Source: Patescibacteria group bacterium (GTDB taxonomy: Bacteria; Patescibacteriota; JABMPQ01). Taken from it: 64,000 bases of DNA. Below, piece by piece: positions 9,546-19,234 of this stretch (the first letter of the stretch is position 1; each line of letters starts with the position of its first letter). The position numbers were made by a program, and so were the translations under genes. Location: NCBI GenBank assembly GCA_041749335.1, contig JBGTBM010000010.1, forward strand, positions 4,533 to 68,532, read 5' to 3'. The notes under the pieces are model-generated. The model made no database searches and was not told the DNA's origin. It saw only the letters and a list, made by a program, of their open reading frames with translations.

Positions 9546-12059
9546 TTAATTAGCTTCAATATCTTCCCTGGATATCGTCATTTTATCGCCTTTTGATAAC
9601 TCAGCGCCAAGAATTTTTTTGGCAATCAAATTCTCGATTTTATCTTGAATAGTTCTTTTAATTGGACGCGCTCCTAAGGTCGGATCATATCCGATCTCCG
9701 AAAGATAGTTTATGGCATCCGGAGCGATTTCAATTTGAATGTCTTTTTCTTCACTGATATCTTTTATAAGGGAGTTGATTAATAGCTTGGTAATTTCAAG
9801 AACTTCATCTTGGGTTAGAGGTTTAAAGCTTATAACTCCGGTAAAGCGATTCAAAAATTCCGGTTTAAATAAATTATTTTCCTGCAAATAATTCAGCAAC
9901 TCATTTTTTAATTGGGCGGTACTGGTATTGGTTTTAATTTTATTCCTAATAAATTCTGCGCCGGCATTGCTGGTTGCAATAATAATCGCCTGGGAAAATT
10001 TTACTTTTCTGCCCAAGGAATCTGTAATCCAACCTTCATCTAAAAGTTGTAGAAATAAATTTAATATATTGGGATGAGCTTTTTCAATCTCATCAAAAAG
10101 TATTAGGGAAAAAGGGTTATCTTTAACCGCATTAGTTAGTTCACCGCCGGCTTCCGCTCCACTCGATCCGGCAGGAGCGCCAATAAACCTGTTAATACTG
10201 CTTAATTCTTGATATTCGCTCATATCAAATCGAATAATTTTATTTTCATCTCCAAAATACGTTGCAGCTAATGCTTTGGCGGTTTCCGTCTTGCCTACTC
10301 CGGTTGGACCCAAGAATAAAAAACTGCCTATCGGCTTATTGTCAGATTTTATGCCGGCTCGGGAGCGGCGCATCGCATTGGATATTTCCTTTATAGCTTC
10401 ATCTTGGCCGATAACTCTTTGATGTAAAATATCCTCTAAATTTAAAAGTTTTTGTTTTTCTTGAATCTTTAATTCCCCTACCGGCACTCCGGTTTTTTTG
10501 GATATAATATTTTCTATGTAGCTTTTAGTGATCAAAGATTTATTGGGAGCTGAAGAACAGGCTTCTTCCAGCAGTAAAATTGCTTTTTCCGGGTAGGCTC
10601 TATCATAGATGTATTGATCGGATAAATTTATTACCGCCTCAAGCGCTTTAAATGTTACTAATACTTTATGGTGATATTCAAGATATGGAACATTTTCCTG
10701 CAGAATAATCAGTGATTTGGTTTTATCCGGCTCGTTTATATTTATTGTTTCAATTTTTTCCGCAACAGCTTTTTTGGATTCAATTAGTTGATGATATTTA
10801 GCTAAATCAGTGGTTGATATAATAAATAAATTAGGATTTTCAAAAAAAGGAAGTAATATTTCCGAAGCATCAATTGCACCCACTTTTTGTTCAGCGCCTC
10901 CAAAAAGTTTGTGAATGCCGTTGATAAAAATTATTATATTGCCGGCATATACAGCATCCTGCAAAACCGATGTTAGGCGATGCAATATTTCACCGGAATT
11001 TCTAGCGCCGGCCAGTAAATAATCAATATTTAATCGCATTAATTTTTTATTTTTTAAAACGTCTTTGGTGTTGCCTTCGTAAATCTTTTTTGCTAGAAAA
11101 AGCATGGCAGCCTCTTTCCCTACTCCCGGTTCTCCAACCAGTAAAACATTATGGTGAGTTGAACGTGAAAGTATATTTTCAATATCGTTAATTTCTTTTA
11201 CGTGGGCATTGTATTGATATGGAAAGCCTCGAGATATAGATTTTGTTACATCGGAAGCGTAACGAGAAAGCGATAAAGTATATCCGGCTGCCCAGTCGCG
11301 GCCAATCCCGCCTGTAAGCTTTAATTTATTGGGATTATATTTTTTTTGATCAATATAACTTCTGATCATTGTTTCCCACTTCACAATAAAAGCAAGATCT
11401 TCGGGTTTAATATCTAAATTAAAAATTAAACTTTTTAAAAATTCGCTTTTTCTGGATAATATTATAAAAATATCTCCTACTTCTATTTGGGTATGCTCTT
11501 CAGCTATTGCGGCTTCGAGCGAATCTTGAAGTAATTCCTCAAGCGCAATATTCTCATTATTTGACTGATCATAATTTTCTAATTCCTTGATAAAATTATT
11601 GGGTGAAATCCCCATCCGGCTAATTATGAATTTAATTTTGTCTATTTGGGCTAAAGCCTTGATGAGCTCATGGCTCTCAATTTTGTTATTAATAAATGAA
11701 ATTTTTAGAGCTAAATATGAATTTATCGATAAATAATTTATTAAATTTATGTTTTTTCCTTGTTTAACATCGGCATATACATCAATCAGCGGTCTAAGGG
11801 GCATATGCTTCAAAATATCATTCTTAAAATAAATATAAACCGAGACCGCTAAAAACATCAAAGAGAACGATATATATGATATTCCTAAAAGCATTATATT
11901 TTGACTAAACAGATTAAAATAATAATTAATAATATATAATAAACTCAAGAAGCCTAAAAATAAAATGATTTTATAAAAAAATTTAAATACAAAACTCTGG
12001 CAAGTTTTATAACATCTGCTTTTATATTTAAGATTTGATTTGCTAAATATCGCGTTCAT
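9546..12059 (-). CDS. ClpC/ClpB-like double AAA+ ATPase with N-terminal transmembrane anchor; D1 Walker motifs degenerate
   Basis: Two predicted TM helices at aa ~25-80. Clp_N-like repeat follows. D1 Walker A is GEPGVGKEA (Thr->Glu) and Walker B region is IIIFINGIHKL (DE->NG). D2 Walker A GPTGVGKTE and Walker B ILFDEIEKAH are intact. Confidence 0.8.
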   Translation of the reverse strand: MNAIFSKSNLKYKSRCYKTCQSFVFKFFYKIILFLGFLSLLYIINYYFNLFSQNIMLLGISYISFSLMFLAVSVYIYFKNDILKHMPLRPLIDVYADVKQGKNINLINYLSINSYLALKISFINNKIESHELIKALAQIDKIKFIISRMGISPNNFIKELENYDQSNNENIALEELLQDSLEAAIAEEHTQIEVGDIFIILSRKSEFLKSLIFNLDIKPEDLAFIVKWETMIRSYIDQKKYNPNKLKLTGGIGRDWAAGYTLSLSRYASDVTKSISRGFPYQYNAHVKEINDIENILSRSTHHNVLLVGEPGVGKEAAMLFLAKKIYEGNTKDVLKNKKLMRLNIDYLLAGARNSGEILHRLTSVLQDAVYAGNIIIFINGIHKLFGGAEQKVGAIDASEILLPFFENPNLFIISTTDLAKYHQLIESKKAVAEKIETININEPDKTKSLIILQENVPYLEYHHKVLVTFKALEAVINLSDQYIYDRAYPEKAILLLEEACSSAPNKSLITKSYIENIISKKTGVPVGELKIQEKQKLLNLEDILHQRVIGQDEAIKEISNAMRRSRAGIKSDNKPIGSFLFLGPTGVGKTETAKALAATYFGDENKIIRFDMSEYQELSSINRFIGAPAGSSGAEAGGELTNAVKDNPFSLILFDEIEKAHPNILNLFLQLLDEGWITDSLGRKVKFSQAIIIATSNAGAEFIRNKIKTNTSTAQLKNELLNYLQENNLFKPEFLNRFTGVISFKPLTQDEVLEITKLLINSLIKDISEEKDIQIEIAPDAINYLSEIGYDPTLGARPIKRTIQDKIENLIAKKILGAELSKGDKMTISREDIEAN

Positions 12060-12062
12060 AAT

Positions 12063-12440
12063 TTATCTAATTAAATACATAATTCCCAAAACAAAGAACT
12101 CAATTATTAATATAGGCGCAATAAGCCATAAAATAAATAAGATAATATTAATCGCAATTAATATTATTAGTAAGATTATATAAGTTAAAAAAACGGATGA
12201 TTTTATCACCATGCCAAAACCGATGGAGATCAAGTTAAATATTATTATTCTAAGTTTCTGGTCAATTGATAATCCGCCGGTGGGAGTGGCATCCTTTTTC
12301 CAAGGTTTAAAAAAGGTAAACAGAACTATTCGTATTGAAAAAGTATCAGTTAGCATTATTAAAAAAGACTTTAAATATTTAAGTAATATGATTAGGCCTT
12401 GCGAATACCACCAAATAAGATAATTTGCCGCAATTATCAT
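12063..12440 (-). CDS. small multi-pass membrane protein, hypothetical
   Basis: Hydrophobic segments; 3-bp spacing from upstream Clp gene. Confidence 0.4.
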   Translation of the reverse strand: MIIAANYLIWWYSQGLIILLKYLKSFLIMLTDTFSIRIVLFTFFKPWKKDATPTGGLSIDQKLRIIIFNLISIGFGMVIKSSVFLTYIILLIILIAINIILFILWLIAPILIIEFFVLGIMYLIR

Positions 12441-12449
12441 TAAAATTAT

Positions 12450-12686
12450 TTATATTTTTTCAATATTGAGATTATTGACGACCATTACCACTCCATTAAC
12501 ATTATTAACCATATCTTCAATTTCTTGTTTTTCTTCCAACGTACTAACGGTTCCGGTAATAACGACTTTGCCATTATTAACATCAATATCAACATTGTCA
12601 GTGGAAATTTCTTCATTAATTAATAATTCTCTTTCAATATCTTGAATTATGTCTTTGTCGTGCCTGGCGCTTAAATTATTATTCAT
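12450..12686 (-). CDS. BON-domain protein
   Basis: VVITGTVSTLEEKQEIEDMVNNVNGVVMVVNNL is a typical BON segment. Confidence 0.5.
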   Translation of the reverse strand: MNNNLSARHDKDIIQDIERELLINEEISTDNVDIDVNNGKVVITGTVSTLEEKQEIEDMVNNVNGVVMVVNNLNIEKI

Positions 12687-12743
12687 GTTTTTAAAAAATA
12701 AATTATTATGCTATTATTATATCAAAATTAAATACTTTAATAA

Positions 12744-13370
12744 ATGAAATTATCGATAACACAAAAACAAATTAATTTCGCTTATAATAGTTTATTAGAT
12801 AAATCCAGACTTGATTTTGGTTTTGTGTTAATGGCAGTAATATCTATGTCTATTTGTGTTTTTGGATTTGCTATCAATAGCCCCTCGGTAATTATTGGCT
12901 CAATGTTGGTATCTCCCCTACTTTATCCATTATTATCAATACCAGCTACATTATTTTGGAAGGATTACAAAATTTTTAAAATAAAAACTGCTTGGATAAT
13001 AATATCAATCATGGTGTTAATTATCTATGCTATGCTAATATCTTCAATCCTTGAAATATTTTCTTTGAATAATTACGGTTCAGAATTATTTGTTAGGCTC
13101 GAAGGCCATCTTATAATATATTTTTTAGTTGCAATCGCATCGGGTGCGGGTGGAGCTGTCTCGTTATTTTGGCCTCATGTTTTTGAGGCTATTCCAGGCG
13201 TTGCAATATCGGTTGCATTATTGCCGCCAATTGTTATTCTAGGCTATTCACTAACGATCATGAATTTTGATAATTTATATATTTCCAGTTTGATTCTATT
13301 ACTAAATTTTGTAGGAATCATTTTGGGATCAGCTTTAATTATTTATATATTTAGGAAATATAAGAAATAA
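12744..13370 (+). CDS. membrane protein (DUF389-like)
   Basis: Multiple TM helices; Gly-rich loop GAGGAVS. Confidence 0.35.
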   Translation: MKLSITQKQINFAYNSLLDKSRLDFGFVLMAVISMSICVFGFAINSPSVIIGSMLVSPLLYPLLSIPATLFWKDYKIFKIKTAWIIISIMVLIIYAMLISSILEIFSLNNYGSELFVRLEGHLIIYFLVAIASGAGGAVSLFWPHVFEAIPGVAISVALLPPIVILGYSLTIMNFDNLYISSLILLLNFVGIILGSALIIYIFRKYKK

Positions 13371-14573
13371 TTATTGATAAATATAAACGTTATCGTTTTT
13401 TCTTACTCTTTTATCTACTTTAATTGCCGCTTCCTCTCCTTTTTTACCGACCTTGAATGGTTTATTTTCTATTTCTAGCGATTTAATTATTTGGTCAAAA
13501 TAGGTTTTATTCCCGTCAAAAGTGATTTTATCTCCTATTTTTATACCGCGATGGCTTAGCCTAATGGTGGCAACTTTTGCTTTTGTAAAATAATGTAATG
13601 CCTTGCCGATATATAGCTTTTTTATCAGTGAAACATTGTCAGTATGATCAAAAGTAATACCTTCTTTTTTAGGATCTCCAAAATAAAAACCGGTAGTAAA
13701 CCCCCTATTATAAACATTAATTAAATTATTTTTCCAATTTAAAATTTTTGATTGAGAATATTCATTATTATAATATGCGTCTACGGCCTCTCGATAACAT
13801 TTACTGGTAATTTCTATGTATTTTGGATCTCTGCGCCTTCCCTCTATTTTAAAAGCAGATATTCCAGCTTTAATTAATTTATCAATATGTTCAATCATAC
13901 ATAAGTCCTTGGAGCTAAAAAAATATTTACCATAAATATCCAAGATCTTTCCATTTTCACTTTTTATAATCCACTTTTCACGGCAAGGTTGGGCGCATGA
14001 CCCGCAGTTGGCTGATTTATTATATAGGCTGGCAGAAAGGATACATCGGCCGGAAATGGCCATACACATTGCTCCGTGAACGAATGTTTCAATTTTAATA
14101 TCAACTTTGCTGATTATTTCTTTGATTTGCTTTAGAGTAATTTCTCGAGCTAAAATCAACCTACTTGCTCCCAAGTCTTGGTAAAATTTGGCTGACTTCC
14201 AATTGGAAATATTGGCCTGAGTAGAAATATGGAACTCCATTTTATGTTTTTTTGCTAAGCCGATTACTGCCGGATCCCAGACTATTAGTGCGTCCACTTG
14301 AGCTTTTTTTGCTGCCTTAATAATCTTTTCTACTTTTTCTATATCGCCATTATAAATAACGGAATTTAATGCTAGATAAGCCCTAATATTATACCGATGA
14401 CATTTTTTAACAAATCTATTTAGTTCCGAAAGTTTAATGTTGTTTGATCTGGCGCGCATACTTAAATCAGCACAGCCAAAATAGACTGCATTAGCATAAT
14501 TTTTACAAGCTTCTAAGCTTGCCCAGTTCCTAATTGGAGCCAGTATTTCTGGTTTTTTAATAATATTTGACAT
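13371..14573 (-). CDS. peptidase U32 family protein
   Basis: ANAVYFGCADLSMRAR..., E-x-F-x-H-G-A-M-C..., KIEGRRRDPKY motifs of U32 collagenase-like proteins. Confidence 0.8.
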   Translation of the reverse strand: MSNIIKKPEILAPIRNWASLEACKNYANAVYFGCADLSMRARSNNIKLSELNRFVKKCHRYNIRAYLALNSVIYNGDIEKVEKIIKAAKKAQVDALIVWDPAVIGLAKKHKMEFHISTQANISNWKSAKFYQDLGASRLILAREITLKQIKEIISKVDIKIETFVHGAMCMAISGRCILSASLYNKSANCGSCAQPCREKWIIKSENGKILDIYGKYFFSSKDLCMIEHIDKLIKAGISAFKIEGRRRDPKYIEITSKCYREAVDAYYNNEYSQSKILNWKNNLINVYNRGFTTGFYFGDPKKEGITFDHTDNVSLIKKLYIGKALHYFTKAKVATIRLSHRGIKIGDKITFDGNKTYFDQIIKSLEIENKPFKVGKKGEEAAIKVDKRVRKNDNVYIYQ

Positions 14574-14699
14574 CTAAATTTATATATTATCTAAAAAATA
14601 AAAAAATCAATTAATTATGAGATTTATTAATATTAAATATGAATAAATTATTTAAATTATATTTAAAAATAAAAATAATTAATCTAAATTAATACAATA

Positions 14700-14873
14700 T
14701 TATTTAAATAGATCATATATTATTTCTGGTGTGTCGCCAGCTTTTAATAGACCCTCTTGACGTAGCATTTCAATTAATTCTCCGACGGTCCAGCCATTTA
14801 CTCCGGGAAGATCTTTAATCCAATATTCCGACTCCTTCATTTTTTCAATTGGATTCAAATCTTTTTCTTGCAT
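14700..14873 (-). CDS. unannotated small ORF (57 aa) MQEKDLNPIEKMKESEYWIKDLPGVNGWTVGELIEMLRQEGLLKAGDTPEIIYDLFK
   Basis: Clean ATG..TAA ORF below the 60-aa track cutoff, in otherwise AT-rich intergenic DNA next to tRNA. Higher local GC than flanks. Confidence 0.3.
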   Translation of the reverse strand: MQEKDLNPIEKMKESEYWIKDLPGVNGWTVGELIEMLRQEGLLKAGDTPEIIYDLFK

Positions 14874-14949
14874 CGGATGTTCGCCATTTATATTTTTTAA
14901 TTAATTAAATTAATTATTTTGTTCAAATTAAATTTTAGCAATAAATAAA

Positions 14950-15020
14950 CTCCGGGGCTTGGATTCGAACCAAGATTAACAGGGCCAGAACCTGCCGTCC
15001 TACCATTAGACGACCCCGGA
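14950..15020 (-). tRNA. tRNA-Gln (anticodon CTG)
   Basis: Cloverleaf: acceptor TCCGGGG/CCCCGGA, anticodon stem GCAGG/CCTGT with loop TTCTGGC, T-arm CTTGG-TTCGAAT-CCAAG. No encoded CCA. Confidence 0.85.
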
Positions 15021-15024
15021 TTAA

Positions 15025-15939
15025 TTAAACGCTTCTAAGATATCGCCGAACTGCAAGATAGCTGCTGATTATACCCAAAATAATACCAACAGATATCTCA
15101 AAAATAATTATGAAAATAATGTTCTCAATAAAGTAAGATGTAATATCTATTCCCTGATTTTCTAGAAATTCATTTATAAACGGAGAGGAATAGCTAACTA
15201 TAGGATAAAGAATAAAAAAAGCAATAATACCGCCGATAAAACCGTATAATATTCCTTCTACAATAAAAGGCATGCGGATAAAATTATTGGTTGCTCCAAC
15301 CAAGCGCATTATCTTAATTTCTTCTTTTTGAGTATAAATAGTGAGTCTAACGGTATTAAAAACAACCAAAATTACCACAAAACCAAAAACTATACTTAAT
15401 CCAATGCCCACTTTTCTTAAATTCTCTGAAATTGATGTCAGCTTATTGATTATATCGCGGTTATCTTCATAATTAACCTTTTCCACAATATTATCAAACT
15501 GTTCAATTTGAAGATGGTCGGCAATGGCAGAATAATCTTCCGGATAGCGTGCTTTTACCACCAAGGTTGGCTGTAGTGGATTATCGTCAAGCTCCATAAT
15601 TGAAGATAACATTAAAGAATTCTCTTGATGTTTTTTTTGAAAATTTCTAAGAGCTTCTTCTTTTGAAACAAATGTAATAGTTTTGACTTCTGATAACGAA
15701 AGCAATTTATTTCTTACTTGATTAATTTCGCTTTCTGATACGTCGGATCTAAGAAAGATACTAATGTCTACTTTATCTTTGACAATATTTAGGGTCATAT
15801 CGCCGACCCAGTTCAGTAGAAATAAAATACTAATGGTAAGAATGGTAATAACCATAATGCCGGAAGCCGCTATTGATAGCCAAATATTCCGAAAATAATT
15901 TTTAAAACCAAATCTTAAAATCCTTAATAATGTTGTCAT
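15025..15939 (-). CDS. ftsX: cell division permease FtsX
   Basis: FtsX-like topology (TM1, large periplasmic loop, 3 C-terminal TMs); directly downstream of ftsE. Confidence 0.8.
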   Translation of the reverse strand: MTTLLRILRFGFKNYFRNIWLSIAASGIMVITILTISILFLLNWVGDMTLNIVKDKVDISIFLRSDVSESEINQVRNKLLSLSEVKTITFVSKEEALRNFQKKHQENSLMLSSIMELDDNPLQPTLVVKARYPEDYSAIADHLQIEQFDNIVEKVNYEDNRDIINKLTSISENLRKVGIGLSIVFGFVVILVVFNTVRLTIYTQKEEIKIMRLVGATNNFIRMPFIVEGILYGFIGGIIAFFILYPIVSYSSPFINEFLENQGIDITSYFIENIIFIIIFEISVGIILGIISSYLAVRRYLRSV

Positions 15940-15940
15940 T

Positions 15941-16630
15941 TTATAATAAATAATCTCCTCTTTTATGATCTCTAATTATTTTACCATCTTCTAGAGTAAT
16001 TACTCTTTTATTGATACGGTTCACAATATCGCGGTCATGCGTCGCCATAATTATAGTAGTGCCCAAACTGTTTATTTTAAGTAATATTTCCATAATTTCC
16101 CAAGAATAAAGCGCATCCAGTTCTCCCGTCATCTCATCTGCAATAAAAAGTTTTGGTTTATGCACAAAGGCCCTGGCAATCGCAGTTCTTTGTTGTTCAC
16201 CGCCGGATAATTCTTTTGGAAATCTTTTGGCCTTATTACTTAATCCCACTAAGTCTAATATTTGTGGAACATTTTTTTTAATTTCAGATCTTGTTTTGCC
16301 GCTAACCATCATAGCGAAAGCGACATTCTCATATACGGTTTTTCTTGAAAGCAGCTTAAAATCCTGGAATACGACGCCAATCTGGCGGCGAAATTTTGGT
16401 ATTTCTCTTTTTTTAATCTTATTTAAGTCCCAATCAAAAATTCTAATATTACCACAGGTTGGTATTTCTTCGGCGATCATTAATTTAACCAAAGTGGTTT
16501 TTCCGGTTCCGCTGCGTCCAACAATCGAGACAAATTCTCCTTGTTTTATTGATAATGTTGCTCGATCAAGCGCGATAATATCTTTATTATATTTTTTAGT
16601 TACATTTTTGAATAAAACAATTGAATTCAT
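15941..16630 (-). CDS. ftsE: cell division ATP-binding protein FtsE
   Basis: Walker A GRSGTGKTT, ABC signature LSGGEQQR, Walker B LFIADE. Confidence 0.9.
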   Translation of the reverse strand: MNSIVLFKNVTKKYNKDIIALDRATLSIKQGEFVSIVGRSGTGKTTLVKLMIAEEIPTCGNIRIFDWDLNKIKKREIPKFRRQIGVVFQDFKLLSRKTVYENVAFAMMVSGKTRSEIKKNVPQILDLVGLSNKAKRFPKELSGGEQQRTAIARAFVHKPKLFIADEMTGELDALYSWEIMEILLKINSLGTTIIMATHDRDIVNRINKRVITLEDGKIIRDHKRGDYLL

Positions 16631-17697
16631 GATTTATTTTTAAGCTTTGTTTTTAAGTATATATCGATAAATTCATTAATATTTCCATTTAGCACATCAT
16701 GGGCATTTTTAACCACATGATTAGTGCGATGATCCTTAACTAGCTGATAAGGATGTAATACATAGGACCTGATTTGGTTACTCCATTTAGCTTCCTTGTA
16801 ATCACCTTTTTCTTTTTTACGCTCTTGCTCAGATTCATTCATTTTTATTTCAAGCAGTTTGGATTTTAATATTTTTAATGCTGATTCTTTATTTTGCTGT
16901 TGAGATCTTTCGTTTTGGCAGGATACTACAATATTGGTGGGAAGGTGGGTTATTCTAACGGCAGAATCCGTAACATTAACATGCTGTCCGCCGGCACCCG
17001 ATGATCTAAAGGTATCAATTCTAATCTCATTTGAATTTATTATAATCTCATCGTCGCTTTCAATTTCCGGGATTGCTTCCACTAAAGCAAATGAAGTGTG
17101 CCGGGCATGATCTGCATCAAACGGGGAGATTCTTACTAACCTATGCGTACCCGACTCAGCGCTTAAATAACCATATGAATATTCTCCGGATACGCTAATG
17201 GTAACGCTCTTGATTCCGGCTTCTGATCCTGAAATTTTATTTAAAATCTTTGCATTCCAATCCATTTTTTCAATATATCTTAAATACATTCTCATTAGCA
17301 TTTCAGCCCAATCTTGCGCTTCCGTTCCTCCGGTACCTGCGTGTATCGTTAAAATTGTATCATTAAAATCGTATTTATTTGATAATAATATTTCTAATTC
17401 TTTCTGAATAAACAATTTGTGCAATTTTTCATATTTTCTTTTAATATCTTTAATAAGATCAATATCCTTTTCTTTATTTGCCAAAACATATAATTCAGAA
17501 ATTTCTTTAACTTCATTATTCATACTTTCCCAAAACTGAATCTGATTTCTCAATAATTCCAAATTTTTTAAAACTATTTTAGCTTTTTTAGGATCTTTCC
17601 ACAAATCTTCTGTATTGGCATCAGCTTCAAGTTTATCAAGAATATTTTTTTTACTGCTTAAATCAAAGATAGTCCAGAGTTTTCTTAACTCTGGCAT
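16627..17697 (-). CDS. prfB: peptide chain release factor 2
   Basis: GGQ motif SGAGGQHVN, SPF tripeptide (RISPFD) diagnostic for RF2. Single uninterrupted ORF with no +1 frameshift site. Confidence 0.9.
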   Translation of the reverse strand: MPELRKLWTIFDLSSKKNILDKLEADANTEDLWKDPKKAKIVLKNLELLRNQIQFWESMNNEVKEISELYVLANKEKDIDLIKDIKRKYEKLHKLFIQKELEILLSNKYDFNDTILTIHAGTGGTEAQDWAEMLMRMYLRYIEKMDWNAKILNKISGSEAGIKSVTISVSGEYSYGYLSAESGTHRLVRISPFDADHARHTSFALVEAIPEIESDDEIIINSNEIRIDTFRSSGAGGQHVNVTDSAVRITHLPTNIVVSCQNERSQQQNKESALKILKSKLLEIKMNESEQERKKEKGDYKEAKWSNQIRSYVLHPYQLVKDHRTNHVVKNAHDVLNGNINEFIDIYLKTKLKNKS

Positions 17698-17769
17698 CTA
17701 AATTTTTAATATTATTCTTTAAATCAATCATATTATTTATAAATTATCATAATTACAATAATTCAACAA

Positions 17770-17794
17770 TAAAAAAAAGAGGCTAAGGCCTCTT
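17770..17794 (-). terminator. rho-independent terminator of purF
   Basis: agaggc-taag-gcctct hairpin followed on minus strand by a T-run. Confidence 0.5.
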
Positions 17795-19205
17795 ATAGAC
17801 GATTATCAGGAATTGAAATGGGATAATTCCCGTTGAAACATGCAGTGCAAAAACTGTCTAAGCGGCAATTTGTAGATTTTATCAAACCTTCCAGGGATAG
17901 AAAGCACAGGCTATCTGGATCCCCAATCCTCTTTCTAACTAAATCAATATCTCCTTCTCGAGCTGCCAACAATCTTTTTTCCTTAGTGGCAATTCCATAA
18001 AAACAAGAATAAGATATTGGCGGACATGGAATGCGCCAATGTACTTCTTTTGCTCCGACCATGCGTAAATTGCGAGTTAATCTATAGGCAGTGGTTCCGC
18101 GAACAATGGAATCATCGATTAATATTACCTTTTTTCCTGCAACTCTATCCGCAATAATGTTATATTTATCATCCGCTTCCGCATTAATCTGTTGGATAGT
18201 TGCTCCAATAAAAGTCCGATCAATATCTTGTCCACTTTCTAATGTAATTAGAGAGCTGGGATTTTCAATTACAGCGATTCCATAGGGAATGTTTGATTCT
18301 CTGGAATAGCCCACTGCTCCGGGTATTCCGCTTTTGGGTATAGCTACGACTAAATCTGCTTCAACATAATGTTCTTGGGCCAACATTTGTCCCATTGATT
18401 CGCGATAATATTCACAAGAAGAATTCTGCCAAATAGAGTCAGGCCTTGCAAAATATACTAATTCAAATATGCAAAAGGCTCGAATCTTATTGTCTGCAAC
18501 TAGATATGAACTAATCCCATTCTGGTGCGCTACTATTAATTCGCCTGGCATAACATCTCTAATATATATTGCACCGATGGCATCCAGTGCGCATGTTTCT
18601 GATGCAAATACTGGAGAACCGTCCTTTTCTCCCATAACGAGCGGTCTTATACCCATTGGGTCTCTTAAAGCATACATATTATCATCAAAATCAGTAAAAA
18701 AGACTGCTGAGTAGCTTCCCTTAACGTGGCGGGTAACCTTTTGAGCGGCTTCAATAATATTTCTGCCTTTAATGGAAACCTGCCAGCTAAATGATGCTGC
18801 GATCATTTCCGCGTCATTATCTGAATATATTCTAATATTTTCTCGCTCTAGAAATGATTTTTGCTCTGAAAAATTAACCACATCTCCATTACTGGCTAAA
18901 AATATTTTACCCTTAATGGAAGATGACTCATGAGGCTGAACATTTTCTAGTGAATCTTTGCCGGCTGTTGGATATCTGACATGTCCAATGAAACTATCGC
19001 CTTTAATTCTCCTTAATCCTTCATTGCTTGGGCCTAGAATAGATTGGACCGGCCCCAGGTCTCTAAAACGATCAATTACCATACGTAGAGAATCCTTGCC
19101 TGCAATGCCGGCGCCATTCTTACCACGATGTTTTAAATTAAACAAGCCGATAGATATAAGCCTTTTGGCATCAGAATGTTTATAAATTCCGAATACACCG
19201 CACAA
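17793..19205 (-). CDS. purF: amidophosphoribosyltransferase
   Basis: MCGVFGI N-terminal nucleophile Cys, PRPP loop VILIDDSIVRGTT, C-terminal Cys ligands of an Fe-S cluster. Confidence 0.9.
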   Translation of the reverse strand: MCGVFGIYKHSDAKRLISIGLFNLKHRGKNGAGIAGKDSLRMVIDRFRDLGPVQSILGPSNEGLRRIKGDSFIGHVRYPTAGKDSLENVQPHESSSIKGKIFLASNGDVVNFSEQKSFLERENIRIYSDNDAEMIAASFSWQVSIKGRNIIEAAQKVTRHVKGSYSAVFFTDFDDNMYALRDPMGIRPLVMGEKDGSPVFASETCALDAIGAIYIRDVMPGELIVAHQNGISSYLVADNKIRAFCIFELVYFARPDSIWQNSSCEYYRESMGQMLAQEHYVEADLVVAIPKSGIPGAVGYSRESNIPYGIAVIENPSSLITLESGQDIDRTFIGATIQQINAEADDKYNIIADRVAGKKVILIDDSIVRGTTAYRLTRNLRMVGAKEVHWRIPCPPISYSCFYGIATKEKRLLAAREGDIDLVRKRIGDPDSLCFLSLEGLIKSTNCRLDSFCTACFNGNYPISIPDNRL

Positions 19206-19234
19206 GTTTCACCTCCTCTGATTGTTTAAAGAGC

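Noticed and set aside
14580-14950. Possible ncRNA or replication-origin-like AT-rich spacer
   Set aside because: It is extremely AT-rich, but I could find no DnaA-box clusters or conserved ncRNA motifs. Only the small ORF and the tRNA are supported.
16627-17697. Programmed +1 frameshift in prfB
   Set aside because: The full N-terminus is encoded in one frame from the first Met, and no CUU UGA shifty site or split ORF is evident.
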